Of a stretch of 64,000 bases of DNA, positions 19,448 to 29,569 are shown one piece after another. The notes below the pieces were generated by a model, which did no database searches, was not told the origin of the DNA, and was given only the letters and a program-made list of their open reading frames with translations. Position numbers and translations under genes: made by a program. The stretch is from a virus (taxonomy: Duplodnaviria; Caudoviricetes): positions 128,001 through 192,000 of IMG/VR virus record IMGVR_UViG_3300035522_000179; one strand, written 5' to 3'. How positions within the stretch are numbered: position 1 is the first letter of the stretch; the number at the start of each line of letters is the position of its first letter.

Positions 19448-19882
19448 AAAAAAGAAGAGTATAGAGAGAAATCTCTGTACTCTTCTTTTTATCAAGAAGG
19501 GGTAAATTTGGAGGATCAAACATTCCGGAGTCATCCGGGTGAAGTCAACCAAATTTACATTTCGCGATGGGCTATCAGAATCATTACTACTTGTTTCATT
19601 CAGAATAAAAGCGCACAAATCAAGTGCATGGATAGTTTCGTTATTATCTCCCTCATTTATCCTTTCATGTGATTCCTCATAGCAAAGACATTCTACGAAG
19701 TTTGTAAAACCAGCAGTACTAAAGAAGCGAACACAACTGTCGTTCACATTCTGAATAGGTGGATCCTCGGAATATAACTCGTCGAGTGCACGTGCAACCT
19801 CTCCGATGTTGTTTCCGTAATACTTAAAGCCGTTTAAATCTGTCATAGAATCGAACATCTTTTCAGAAAATGCCTTATGCAT
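19424..19882 (-). CDS. hypothetical early protein (3' end doubtful)
   Basis: RBS AGGAGG; the ORF reads through the terminator hairpin. Confidence 0.6.
   Translation of the reverse strand: MHKAFSEKMFDSMTDLNGFKYYGNNIGEVARALDELYSEDPPIQNVNDSCVRFFSTAGFTNFVECLCYEESHERINEGDNNETIHALDLCAFILNETSSNDSDSPSRNVNLVDFTRMTPECLILQIYPFLIKRRVQRFLSILFFFLCCSLNG
19449..19490. terminator. bidirectional terminator
   Basis: AAAAAGAAGAGTATAGAGA / TCTCTGTACTCTTCTTTTT. Confidence 0.8.
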
Positions 19883-20017
19883 TTTTCTTTTGCCCTCCTT
19901 TACTTCTTTCGTTTTAAGAATTCGGTCGTACGTTAGTAATCATTCTCAAAACTACTTTGTATTTTTTGAGTAGAAATTCAGATGTTTTTCTGGTATATTT
20001 ATCTCGTACTCACTAAT

Positions 20018-20025
20018 ATAATATA
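20018..20025 (-). promoter_or_regulatory. putative early promoter TATATTAT
   Basis: Exact motif, ~135-nt leader to ATG 19882. Confidence 0.6.
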
Positions 20026-20058
20026 CAAATTGATTTTCTGATTTTTCAAAAAGACAAA

Positions 20059-20100
20059 AAAAGAAAGAGTACGTGATTTTTCTCGCGTACTCTTTCTTTT
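20059..20100 (-). terminator. intrinsic terminator
   Basis: AAAAGAAAGAGTACGTGA / TCGCGTACTCTTTCTTTT. Confidence 0.75.
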
Positions 20101-20327
20101 CATTTACACATGCATGAGTAAATTTCAACGATCGACTGCATAGACTCTGGCATAGATTCAATTACGGCTTTTAACTTAAAGTATTTATTTTCTGCGGAAA
20201 CCCGTCTTGCTTTCTCCTCTTCATATGCATTCACAAGATCTTGTTTGTCTCTTGTTAAAGAGACGATTTCATCTTTGTACTTTTTGGATACTTCTTCTCT
20301 AATACGTTCATATTCTTTTTGTGTCAT
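20100..20327 (-). CDS. hypothetical coiled-coil protein
   Basis: 75-aa ORF. Confidence 0.6.
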   Translation of the reverse strand: MTQKEYERIREEVSKKYKDEIVSLTRDKQDLVNAYEEEKARRVSAENKYFKLKAVIESMPESMQSIVEIYSCMCK

Positions 20328-20432
20328 GTTTTCTTCTAGCCTTCCATTCTAGTATTTTTCGTTTGTAAAAATCTTAAATCAGATAGAGCGAATAAAACAT
20401 CTTCCAAATTAATGTTAACGTTTTCGTACCAA

Positions 20433-20729
20433 TTAAATCTCCGACATATAATCTGTGAAGTCTTCTTCTAACAATCGGTTATCAATTACACCCGTAGAAA
20501 TTCCAACCAGATTGGATGAAGATATGTCCTGAATCAATTTCTTCAGGGAAAGTGTTGCTGCACTAAACCGGTCTGAAGAATTGATTAATTTCTTTTTATC
20601 CTTTTTGGATATCGTTCTTTTTCTTTGGTCAACCCGGATTGGATTTACCACATCATTTAAATTTGCATTTGCTTTCATCAAAGACTTTTCAATCTCAATC
20701 AAAGCTTCTGCAATTTCTTCATGTTGCAT
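20433..20729 (-). CDS. hypothetical early protein
   Basis: 98 aa, RBS AGGAGG. Confidence 0.65.
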   Translation of the reverse strand: MQHEEIAEALIEIEKSLMKANANLNDVVNPIRVDQRKRTISKKDKKKLINSSDRFSAATLSLKKLIQDISSSNLVGISTGVIDNRLLEEDFTDYMSEI

Positions 20730-20766
20730 AAGAACCGTCCCTCCTTATCTTTATTTATACAAAGAA

Positions 20767-20774
20767 ATAATATA
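20767..20774 (-). promoter_or_regulatory. putative early promoter TATATTAT
   Basis: Exact motif. Confidence 0.6.
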
Positions 20775-20816
20775 TAAATATATTTTTTCTTGCATTTCAC
20801 GCAAAATATTTTAAAA

Positions 20817-20828
20817 AACACTATTGTA
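20817..20828 (+). promoter_or_regulatory. putative late promoter AACA-CTATTG-TA
   Basis: Exact motif. Confidence 0.65.
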
Positions 20829-20894
20829 AAGCAATATGGATAGTATATGAAGATGTACTTGTGATTCGAATGAAAAGAAAAGGGGATTTTTGTT

Positions 20895-21608
20895 ATGACG
20901 GATGTATCAGAATCTATTGTACTACAGATTGTCGATACGATAAGCAAAACTCGAGTTGGTGTATATGTTCTTTGTCTTTCTTTGTTAATTGTTGTGATCT
21001 TTCCTATCATCAAATGGACGTATCCCATTATCCAAGAAAAGAAAGAGAAGAAGAAAAAACAAGAAGAAGAAAACAAAAGATCCAAAGAAGAAGAAAAAGA
21101 ATTTCGTAAGAATATGAATCGTGTAATTGAACATCTTCCAGAATTGGATACGCAGGTGTCCGTTCTCGCATCTGAAGTCAATTCTTTAAATAGTTTGAAA
21201 ACGGATCTTGCAGAAACCACGGAAACGTTTAAGAAATCCATTGAAACCTTATCTCAGGATATTCAAAAGATTTCTTCCGCTTCCGATACTGGGGATGAAA
21301 AGATCACAACTGAATTAAAAGAAACAAGAGAAATGGTAAAAGAATTGGCTTCCACAACCATGACTATAAAGTCAAACGTGGATGTGATGTTAGAAAGTGA
21401 TGTCAATGAGTTTCGTCTTTATTTGACGCAACTTCATGATAAATATATCAATAACAACGAAACCATGCCAAGAGGCGTAAAACAAGAACTTCGGATTAAG
21501 TTCAATTCCTATCGGAAAAAGGGTGGAAACGGATGGGCAGAAGAGATGTATAACGAATTAATGAATATTCCGAATGAACCACTCAATATTCACTTAGATG
21601 ATTTCTAA
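20895..21608 (+). CDS. membrane-anchored coiled-coil protein, holin-associated-like
   Basis: N-terminal TM, coiled coil, C-terminal Y..KGGNG...MY..L..IP motif recalled from Firmicute phage lysis-module proteins. Confidence 0.55.
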   Translation: MTDVSESIVLQIVDTISKTRVGVYVLCLSLLIVVIFPIIKWTYPIIQEKKEKKKKQEEENKRSKEEEKEFRKNMNRVIEHLPELDTQVSVLASEVNSLNSLKTDLAETTETFKKSIETLSQDIQKISSASDTGDEKITTELKETREMVKELASTTMTIKSNVDVMLESDVNEFRLYLTQLHDKYINNNETMPRGVKQELRIKFNSYRKKGGNGWAEEMYNELMNIPNEPLNIHLDDF

Positions 21609-21616
21609 AAAAAAAT

Positions 21617-21653
21617 AAATGAAGTAGAGTTTAAATAAACTCTACTTCATTTT
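21617..21653. terminator. bidirectional terminator
   Basis: AAATGAAGTAGAGTTTA / TAAACTCTACTTCATTT. Confidence 0.8.
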
Positions 21654-23095
21654 TAAAGGTATAAAGGTACAATTTCTTTTGCAACCTTTTCCATGAACTT
21701 CTCATGCTCTTGTTGCGATTGGATCATATAAGGAATGGTCTTATCTACCAAATCATAAAAGTAGGTATCCTCTCCTTTGAATCGATCCAGTCTTCCTTTC
21801 AACTGATGAGTTGTAATCTTGGAAGAATGTGGCTCTGCGCAAATGATACATTGTAAGTTCGGCGGGTTAAATCCCGTACCGCAGGACTTGATTGTAGAAG
21901 AAATGATATCACAGTTTTGATTTCTGAAATTCACTTCTTTACTATTATTTGAATAAATCGTTCCTATGGTTTTTCCTTCAATGAATCTAGAAACCATTTG
22001 AGCAATCCAATCCACTGATTCTTTCTTCGGAGATACAATTAAGATTTGTCCTTCATGTTCCAATGCTTCTGATAATGCATACTTTAATGCATTCTCTAAT
22101 CCACAGGAATAATCAGAATAGAGTGCAAAATCAATAAACTTAAAACTCGAAAATCCATGAGAATCTTTCATCCCAATGATATATTTCTGGCTCAATCCTC
22201 CTTTGTAGATGACTGGATGATAATGGATTTTTCTTTCTTTCTCTTCCAGTTTATCGTTGTATTTCGCAGAAGAAGAGAGCATGATATTAAAGATTTTGCT
22301 TTCTCTTGCATTACTCCGACCCATCGTTGCGGTTAGATAAAATGTCTTTCTAACATTGGTGTAGGAATCAATAACGAAGGATGAATTGATAAACTCATGT
22401 GCTTCATCATAGATCTTTAATCCAATTCCTGCAACAGACATGAACTCATTCACATCATTCCATCCATCGGACTTTGCAAAGGATTGAATGGTTTGGTGAA
22501 GGATAATATACACATCTCCTTCTACTTCCATCTCAATCACTTTTCGCATCATCTCTGAAGAGACTTGAATGATTCTCTCTTCTGGAATATTTGTGAACTT
22601 CATGATTTCACTTTTCCAGTGATCAGACAGATAGCTTCTATTTACAATCACTAACGTTTTATATCCCAATTTCGTAAAGGAAGCAATGGCACAATACGTC
22701 TTTCCACCAGCTGTTTCCAAATTCAAACTGTACTGGCAGTATGCTCGATTCCCTATGAAATTTTCTTGGGAAGTTAGAAAGTTAATAGAAGATCTTTGAA
22801 TCTCTGATCTTGGGTCTACCAAAACTTCGTAAGGTTGACTCATTTCTTTATAAGGCGTTGGCTCGTAGTTTTTTGTTGCTAAAACGCCGAAGTGATCTTC
22901 CAACACCTCTAAGTTAATCCCTTTCGGTAAATACAACTTATCATCATCAATGAAATATCCAACGGGTTCGTACTTCCCATGACTTCTGGTAATCTGAACC
23001 CATTTGGATAATGCTTTTTCTAATTCGAAATACTCCCCTTTTTTGTAAGGGGAGATTTCGATATGGGTATGAAATACATCAATTCTCTTATTCAT
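21653..23095 (-). CDS. uvsW: SF2 DEAH helicase, UvsW-like
   Basis: ETAGGKT, YDEAH, LTAT, GTGFN, QLKGRLDR. Confidence 0.8.
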   Translation of the reverse strand: MNKRIDVFHTHIEISPYKKGEYFELEKALSKWVQITRSHGKYEPVGYFIDDDKLYLPKGINLEVLEDHFGVLATKNYEPTPYKEMSQPYEVLVDPRSEIQRSSINFLTSQENFIGNRAYCQYSLNLETAGGKTYCAIASFTKLGYKTLVIVNRSYLSDHWKSEIMKFTNIPEERIIQVSSEMMRKVIEMEVEGDVYIILHQTIQSFAKSDGWNDVNEFMSVAGIGLKIYDEAHEFINSSFVIDSYTNVRKTFYLTATMGRSNARESKIFNIMLSSSAKYNDKLEEKERKIHYHPVIYKGGLSQKYIIGMKDSHGFSSFKFIDFALYSDYSCGLENALKYALSEALEHEGQILIVSPKKESVDWIAQMVSRFIEGKTIGTIYSNNSKEVNFRNQNCDIISSTIKSCGTGFNPPNLQCIICAEPHSSKITTHQLKGRLDRFKGEDTYFYDLVDKTIPYMIQSQQEHEKFMEKVAKEIVPLYL

Positions 23096-23742
23096 TTTCT
23101 TATTCCCTTCACAGCCGTTATGATGTTATCAGCTGTATTTTTAATCCCTTTACTCAAGTTGTTAAGGGCATCACTAAGTTTATATACATCTGAAATATCC
23201 GGAAGAGAATCTACCCATTCTTGAAGTTCTTCTAAGGCAGCTTCCCAATTACTACGGTCTGCCCGAATAACAAGACAGTTTTCTTTTAAATCTAGATTAT
23301 CGATATACCACGACAGGGGAAGATTCAAAGAAAACAAATCAAAATGTTCAAGATTCCTGAAATAGATATAGGGGTCACAACTTCCATGTCCTTCACAGCA
23401 GTATTCTGTAAGGTAACCTTTCTTGTTTAAGACAGAAATAATATCTGCGATGTTCGGATCCAAAACAATTAAGTCGAGATCTCTCCCTTCACATTCAGGA
23501 CATTTATCTATTCGAAAATGAAGCTCTGGGGAACTTACTACCACGTCAGCGTAGTTCTCCGAAACGGACGTTTGCCTTAAGAATACATATTGCTTTGCTC
23601 GTACGCGTGCCCGATAAATGTGATAACAGATCGGACACATAAATGCAATATCTCCCTCTTTTTGGTCAATATGATTATCAAAGCATAACGGTCCACATTC
23701 ATGTATATCGCAGAAATAATTTACTTTTAAGTTGTATTTCAT
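23092..23742 (-). CDS. hypothetical Cys-rich protein (LNKKGY.T..CCEGH motif)
   Basis: CPIC, CPEC and CCEGH; coupled to the helicase by an ATGA overlap. Confidence 0.7.
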   Translation of the reverse strand: MKYNLKVNYFCDIHECGPLCFDNHIDQKEGDIAFMCPICYHIYRARVRAKQYVFLRQTSVSENYADVVVSSPELHFRIDKCPECEGRDLDLIVLDPNIADIISVLNKKGYLTEYCCEGHGSCDPYIYFRNLEHFDLFSLNLPLSWYIDNLDLKENCLVIRADRSNWEAALEELQEWVDSLPDISDVYKLSDALNNLSKGIKNTADNIITAVKGIRK

Positions 23743-23811
23743 TTTTCGTCACCTCTTATTCATAATAGATTCCACTGTACTATCTTTCTAGCACAGTGGA
23801 ATCGAAAAGGT

Positions 23812-24033
23812 CTAGCACATAAATATGAAAGCGAATTTCATAATCAGGTATTTGTCTCCATCTGAAAATCCCTGAAGCAACTTATCGATATCAGCGGATC
23901 CTTTTGCGGAATCCTTTGCAACGCTAGCAGACATATTTCTAGCGATCTCCTTTGCTGCTTTCTTGATTGCAGCGTCCTTTTCCTCACGAATGTCATCCAT
24001 AGATGATTTCAGTTCTACAAAACTCTTTCCCAT
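23812..24033 (-). CDS. hypothetical protein
   Basis: 73 aa, RBS AGGAG. Confidence 0.6.
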   Translation of the reverse strand: MGKSFVELKSSMDDIREEKDAAIKKAAKEIARNMSASVAKDSAKGSADIDKLLQGFSDGDKYLIMKFAFIFMC

Positions 24034-24051
24034 TGTTTTAATCTCCTTTTA

Positions 24052-24651
24052 TTATTTTAATAATTCCAAAGCATTAAGTAAGCTTTTGCTCTTATAATGC
24101 TCTTTAAACATGGTATATCCTGCTCTTTCTTCGTAAAGACCTTCCAGAGTTTCCGGGAAGGCATCAATGTCTTCTTCAATATGAAGGAACTCGCTCTGGT
24201 CAGCATTCTCAAGAACATCTTTTGCCACCTTCAAGCAATAAGTCTTCAATCTTTTGATTACATCTTCATTATCGTAATTTGCAGATACCAATACGGAAAA
24301 CGCTACTTCGTGAACGATCCTGGGGCTTTCCGATATGATTGCGTCCTGATATGCAAACAAGACGTCCGCTCTCACGGTATAAACACCACCACCAAAAATA
24401 ATGGTGAAAGATATTTGAACCTCGGGTTTTGCAGATAATAACCCGGTCTCCAAAGTTGTTTCAAACAACTCCTTATAGGGGTTGTGGTAATACTGTATGT
24501 CACTACATTCGACTCTTAAGTCCTTAGCAGCATAAGTGTATTCCCCTTTGTTATCATTTAATATCTCACTCAATATTCCGATTCCAATTTTTCCCGGAAA
24601 TACTCTATCCTCCTCTTTGGGTTCTACTTCCTTTTTCTTAAAGATTGACAT
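24052..24651 (-). CDS. hypothetical protein
   Basis: 199 aa, RBS AGGAG. Confidence 0.7.
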   Translation of the reverse strand: MSIFKKKEVEPKEEDRVFPGKIGIGILSEILNDNKGEYTYAAKDLRVECSDIQYYHNPYKELFETTLETGLLSAKPEVQISFTIIFGGGVYTVRADVLFAYQDAIISESPRIVHEVAFSVLVSANYDNEDVIKRLKTYCLKVAKDVLENADQSEFLHIEEDIDAFPETLEGLYEERAGYTMFKEHYKSKSLLNALELLK

Positions 24652-24666
24652 AATTCCATCCTCCTT

Positions 24667-25392
24667 TTATTTATGAATTGCTTCATTTACATAAGTATCG
24701 ATATCAGATTCCTCCACAATATCCAGTCGGTCATTCTTGGATTTGTAACAAATGTAATTCCCAAAGGGACTTTCCGGATCTCCACCATTGTCTTTTACAA
24801 TGATGACACAATCCACTCCAAGAAGTTCAATGACCGTTTGCCAAACCACGGTAGAGATTTTTGTATCTCCATTGATGGTCTGAAAGATATTGGAGAAAGC
24901 ATAAGGTTTTGATAACTTCTTTCGATATCTTGCAGTTGAAGTTTTCTTAATAAGGAAGATGGTTTTAATAATCTTCTTTAAGAAATCATCCTCGGGTTTA
25001 ATCTCCGGCACATAAATCGAGGTAGAACTAGATGCCGGAGTAATCACCGTACTATCTACAAAGTTCATATCGTCAGTTGTCTTTGATAAAATCAAATTCA
25101 AACTGTTATTACACATTTCATCCACACTGATTTCGTCTTTGTTGATGACGCTGAAATCTGTTTCGATTTCATCATGTCTATCATATCGGATAGACGGGAA
25201 AATTGCATATCTCCCAATTCTAGCTCCTTTGGGATTATACATCCAAACACGGTTGTTATAGATGTATCCATAGCCATCCCGTAAAATCTCTTTTGGTGTT
25301 GAGAGAAAATTTCCCAATACCGTGAGCACATTTCCACAGCGATTTACATACTGTGGAAAGGAAACTTCACGTTCTTCTTTCTTCTTTCCCAT
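24667..25392 (-). CDS. hypothetical protein
   Basis: 241 aa, RBS GGGAG. Confidence 0.7.
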   Translation of the reverse strand: MGKKKEEREVSFPQYVNRCGNVLTVLGNFLSTPKEILRDGYGYIYNNRVWMYNPKGARIGRYAIFPSIRYDRHDEIETDFSVINKDEISVDEMCNNSLNLILSKTTDDMNFVDSTVITPASSSTSIYVPEIKPEDDFLKKIIKTIFLIKKTSTARYRKKLSKPYAFSNIFQTINGDTKISTVVWQTVIELLGVDCVIIVKDNGGDPESPFGNYICYKSKNDRLDIVEESDIDTYVNEAIHK

Positions 25393-25412
25393 TGCATTTT
25401 AACTCCCATTCT

Positions 25413-26096
25413 TTAATAATCATTACTCGGTATTTCGTCAAAGTAAGCATCTGGTGTGATTGCAAATTGATAGAGTAAGGGAATTATCATATTCATAATC
25501 TTTGGTGTTTGAAGATTATCCAAAGCTTCATACAATAATCTCCCCTCATCATATGTTACGTCCGCTACAGTACTAATTCCTGCAATCATAATTCGGAATC
25601 CTTCATAAGAAGGCATGATTACCGAGTTTTCGTTGTCTGTTCCAAATACTCTTCCCTTTACCACTACATATTCCATAGTCACCATCCGATTGTTAATCGG
25701 GCATTTCCTCGATAAAGAGAATGCAACATCTTTATTCAAGAGCAGTTCTCCTTTTGCGTAGTAGTAAAGATTTCTGGTTTTCATATTTTTTACCATATCG
25801 AAAACCATATCCTTTAAAAGCATTACTCCGATAGACGATAAAGACAAAGATGTTTGAGAATTAAATCTTCCTGTTTCATCTTTTAAATTGAAGCAGACAC
25901 TAAAGTTTGGAGATAAATTGACATAAGGTTCTCCAAGATTTCTAACTACTTGAGCCGTCGGTCTATCTACCATATGTCCAAACTTATTCTTCTCAGTTCT
26001 CAATAATCGCAATCGGATTCTAATGCTAATATCTGGATGAATGAAAGGGTAATCCATAAACAACTTAATCGGACGTTCCTTTTGAGGTTCCTCCAT
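25413..26096 (-). CDS. hypothetical protein
   Basis: Start probably MEEPQK (RBS GAGGAGG). Confidence 0.7.
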   Translation of the reverse strand: MEEPQKERPIKLFMDYPFIHPDISIRIRLRLLRTEKNKFGHMVDRPTAQVVRNLGEPYVNLSPNFSVCFNLKDETGRFNSQTSLSLSSIGVMLLKDMVFDMVKNMKTRNLYYYAKGELLLNKDVAFSLSRKCPINNRMVTMEYVVVKGRVFGTDNENSVIMPSYEGFRIMIAGISTVADVTYDEGRLLYEALDNLQTPKIMNMIIPLLYQFAITPDAYFDEIPSNDY

Positions 26097-26481
26097 TTTC
26101 TTCTTCCTCCTCAACAGGTATGATTTCATTTACAATGTAGTTCGAATCGTTTGAATGAGTGACTCTATCCAATACATTGCAGATGCTTCCGACATACGCC
26201 ATAACAATTTCCGGAACTTTATCTGGAGTCTTTTCATCTAAGCATACCTGAATTGCATCATCTGTCCATTTTTTAACATATACCAATTTTCTTATCGTCT
26301 TTTTAATCAAGCGCTTCGTATATAGATTCAGGATGAAATAGAAGAACGTACATGCGATTTTGATGACAAATGTCACAATCAAATATGCCAGTACCGTAAT
26401 AATTATCGTAATCAAGATCGGATGAAAACCTGCATCTAATAAGATCAGTGCAAGATTTGCAATTTGATTAATGATATTCAT
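26065..26481 (-). CDS. membrane protein
   Basis: Long N-terminal hydrophobic segment. Confidence 0.65.
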   Translation of the reverse strand: MNIINQIANLALILLDAGFHPILITIIITVLAYLIVTFVIKIACTFFYFILNLYTKRLIKKTIRKLVYVKKWTDDAIQVCLDEKTPDKVPEIVMAYVGSICNVLDRVTHSNDSNYIVNEIIPVEEEEENGGTSKGTSD

Positions 26482-26516
26482 TTTTCTTTCCTTTCCTTTG
26501 AGGTAGAAGAGTATTG

Positions 26517-28695
26517 CTACTCTTCTACGCCGTCCTCATACTCTTCGGAATCTATGATTCCTGTTTCGTGCTCTGCTACCATATCCGGTTCTTTCTCGAA
26601 GATTACCGTAGGAGCATTCCTGTCTACTGCATAGACTCTGATATCATCGTCTAAGAAATGCTCTACATAACACATCACATCGTAGTAATCCTCTTTGGTT
26701 TCAAACTCCACCATGATAGCATCTTTTCCTTCTTCTTTAAAGACGCGGTTCAAATCCTTCATGAAATCAACCAAGAAGGAATCTGGTTCCCCATCGTTAT
26801 TGAAGTACAATCCTTTTATCTTACTAAAAGGTGATAAAATACCGCTTGTGCCTGGCAAATGTATTTTCTACATTTAGATTATATCTTCATCTACTCTAAT
26901 CTATTACCAATTAAAGTAGAGCTCTCCGTTTGGGATTTTTGATCTATACTATAAATATAATATATCTCTCACCTACATTTCGTCCTATGATTGGACCTAC
27001 TCGCTTCGTGTAAGTATTTCAACTTACCTTATTTTCAAACCACCTAGAATAATCTATTTCGATATTTCTATCAATATGGTTGTCTAGCTTTCCCTAATCG
27101 TTGAAGCCATATCTCATCATTGTGAGATACTTTCTTGCGTCGATTGTCTCTATTCTTTACCTTTTTACTATACCTTTGGAGTTACCCATTGCCACTAGAT
27201 ATGTTACCATTCTAGTTTAGTAGTAAAGACTTAACGAGTTCGTTCCCGCAATTAGAAGAGAATTGAAACTGTTATTCACATAACAGCCTGACCCTTTATG
27301 CTGATCAGAATTGCCACAAGTTAGTAAATCAAATTCACTGATATAACTCGGATGAAGTCCACGGTATCTTGCTGAAATATTATTTCCGTTTTTGTTACCA
27401 AGAGAGTGCTCACCCTTTGATGTCCATTTGAACTTCGAGAAGAAGTCCATGTCGTTAATACAGTCATTGAAACGAAGGATTCCACTGGAATGCATTTTGG
27501 AAATAAGTAGTGACCCCGGGAACTTGAATATATCCACAACGTTTTCCAATGTCGCTTTCGAACCCATATTAATGATTCGATTCAAGCGAATTGAAAACTC
27601 TTTGGTCAAAAGAGATGCAATCTGTTCGTTACAGCGTAATCTCTTATTATCCAAATCCAAGTTGTCTTTCATTCGAAGTTGATTGAATTCCATCATTGCC
27701 CATCGGATAATCGCATACACATCTTTCTTATGATATTTATTCACCATCAAGATTCTTCTTGTGGTTTCATCCAGCATTCGGTTGAACGACGTTAAGGTAT
27801 CCAATCCTTTCTCCAAGGTGTTCGATGGAGTCAACTTCTTAATGAACTGCTCTTTGTTATTCACCATAGAAAGATCAAATCGATTTGTCAGGATTTCCAT
27901 CACACCCGCTGCAACACCCTGGACATATTGATACTTATCAAACATCTCCTTATGTACTTCTAAGAAGCATTTGGAAGAGATTTGAAAGTAAATATATCCT
28001 TCTTTTCTATTATCTAACGAAGGAATCAGTTTCATAATGGAATCTACCTTCATATAGATTAGGGCGTATTCAATTCCCATTTGGGATGCAACGAATAGCA
28101 TAATGTCGGTCTCTCTATGGAAGACAAACGTTCGAAATACCGGGAGCAGATATCCTGTTCCATCTACATCTGTGTAGTAGATTGGTACTCGTTTGATAAC
28201 CACTGGCATCAGAGATTTCACAACGGTAGACATGGACGTAGTGTACGTTGATTTTTCCAGTAACTGGTAAATCAAATAATACTTTCTCCCGTTGATAAAC
28301 AAATATCCATCATCATCTGTGATGGGAATCAACATGTCTTTATTGATTCGTTTCTCTCTTACTTTTTCCAAGCCAGTCTTTGGATCTTTCTCTGTAATAC
28401 TGATTAAGAGATGTACCGTAAGAAGACCAACCCGATCATCGTTGATTAACTTATAATCGTATTGGTATTTCTTTGGTACTTTCTTGTTTCTTTTGAAGAT
28501 ATGACGGTTGATGTCAATCTCGGATTCTTTGGTATTGTATTCATAACCTAAGAACTTGATGTACTTTAACACTTCCAAAGACTTCCATGCGTCGACTACA
28601 TATTCGACTAAGTCTCCGTCTGCTTCTTTGTTCATCAGTTGGGTGTTTAGATTTTTCTCATAGTCACCAACGTAGTCTGATAAATATTCGAGCAT
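26517..28695 (-). CDS. RNA polymerase beta N-terminal half, probably non-virion RNAP; spliced join(27304..28695,26517..26855), 576 aa
   Basis: IP.TDDDGYLFINGRKY, RGLHPSY; splicing restores LLTCGNSD|PGTSGILSP in frame (464+112 codons). Confidence 0.88.
26856..27303 (-). ncRNA. group I self-splicing intron, 448 nt, no homing endonuclease ORF
   Basis: 5' exon ends in U (UCUGAU) pairing with IGS GGGUCAGG via G.U; P AAUUGCGGGAAC, Q AAUCGACGCAAG, R UUCAACGAUUAG, S AAGAUAUAAUCU (P7 GAUUA/UAAUC); terminal G. Confidence 0.92.
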
Positions 28696-28727
28696 TTTAT
28701 TCTCCTTTCTTTTTGTTCTCCACTAAA

Positions 28728-28735
28728 ATAATTTA
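28728..28735 (-). promoter_or_regulatory. putative early promoter variant TAAATTAT
   Basis: One mismatch; upstream TTTGA element as in other copies; precedes the nvRNAP beta-N gene. Confidence 0.5.
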
Positions 28736-28849
28736 TCATTTCAAATATTTTTCCATATAAAAAATGAAAAATCATTAGAAGTTACGAAGATAACTGATTG
28801 CTAGAGAAATCGATCAATCAAATCTCTCTAGCAATCAAGTCCAGGAATC

Positions 28850-29569
28850 TTACTCGTTCGGCTTCGTTGCCTTTCCATCATCCTTGATGGTGAGCTTATC
28901 GTACACATTGGGTTTAAAGGATATCTCAACTCCATCCTCTAAAATCCTTGCGTAAACATCATAACATCCTGCCATGTTAATCCGATGCTCAAAGACGTCA
29001 AGTTCTGCTCTTTTTAACTTCATATACTCAACGACTTTGTCATGGATCAGACAAAATAAGGGCATAATAATCTCCGGATTCGCTGACTGAATATTCAGTC
29101 TTGACTGAAGCTTCTCCGTTGCCGCCTTGGTAATCGCTTTGATCGGCGTAATGGACTGGGTAATGTTTGCCTCGTTCCACTGGGTACAACGAACTACTGA
29201 ACTAGGCTCATTCTCATCCACATCCGTCAACTTGTTATTCTCAATATGTTTCATGTAAATCATGAAGTTTCCAAGTTTCTCCATGTCGGAATTTTCTTCG
29301 ACATCAAAACTTGTGGTGTAACCAATCTCCAGTCGATTTGCAATGTTGATCTTAAGAGTTTCTTTGGTTGCCTGAATCTCTTTTAAATACGCCATGATGC
29401 AATCGAAGATGGTTGCATAGATTGCAATCGGTACATAGCTGGCACCCAGCCGAATCTTCAACTTCTGATAGATTACCGGATTTGCCATTTCTCCTATGGA
29501 CTCGACTTCCTCTCTGTCTTCTACGACGATTTCATTAAATACCTTTTCTGCCTGAGTCATCCTCTTCAC
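28850..29569 (-). CDS. hypothetical protein, possible tandem HU-like fold
   Basis: 239 aa; two helix + beta-ribbon units (KINIANRLEIGY; RINMAGCYDVY..ISFKP). Confidence 0.6.
   Translation of the reverse strand: MKRMTQAEKVFNEIVVEDREEVESIGEMANPVIYQKLKIRLGASYVPIAIYATIFDCIMAYLKEIQATKETLKINIANRLEIGYTTSFDVEENSDMEKLGNFMIYMKHIENNKLTDVDENEPSSVVRCTQWNEANITQSITPIKAITKAATEKLQSRLNIQSANPEIIMPLFCLIHDKVVEYMKLKRAELDVFEHRINMAGCYDVYARILEDGVEISFKPNVYDKLTIKDDGKATKPNE

Noticed and set aside
27217-27303. ORF-track C-terminus QHKGSGC...SLYY of the 492-aa ORF, and TTG start of ORF 26517-26858
   Set aside because: Both are artefacts of reading into or out of the group I intron
26856-27303. Intron-encoded homing endonuclease
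   Set aside because: No ORF of useful length within the intron
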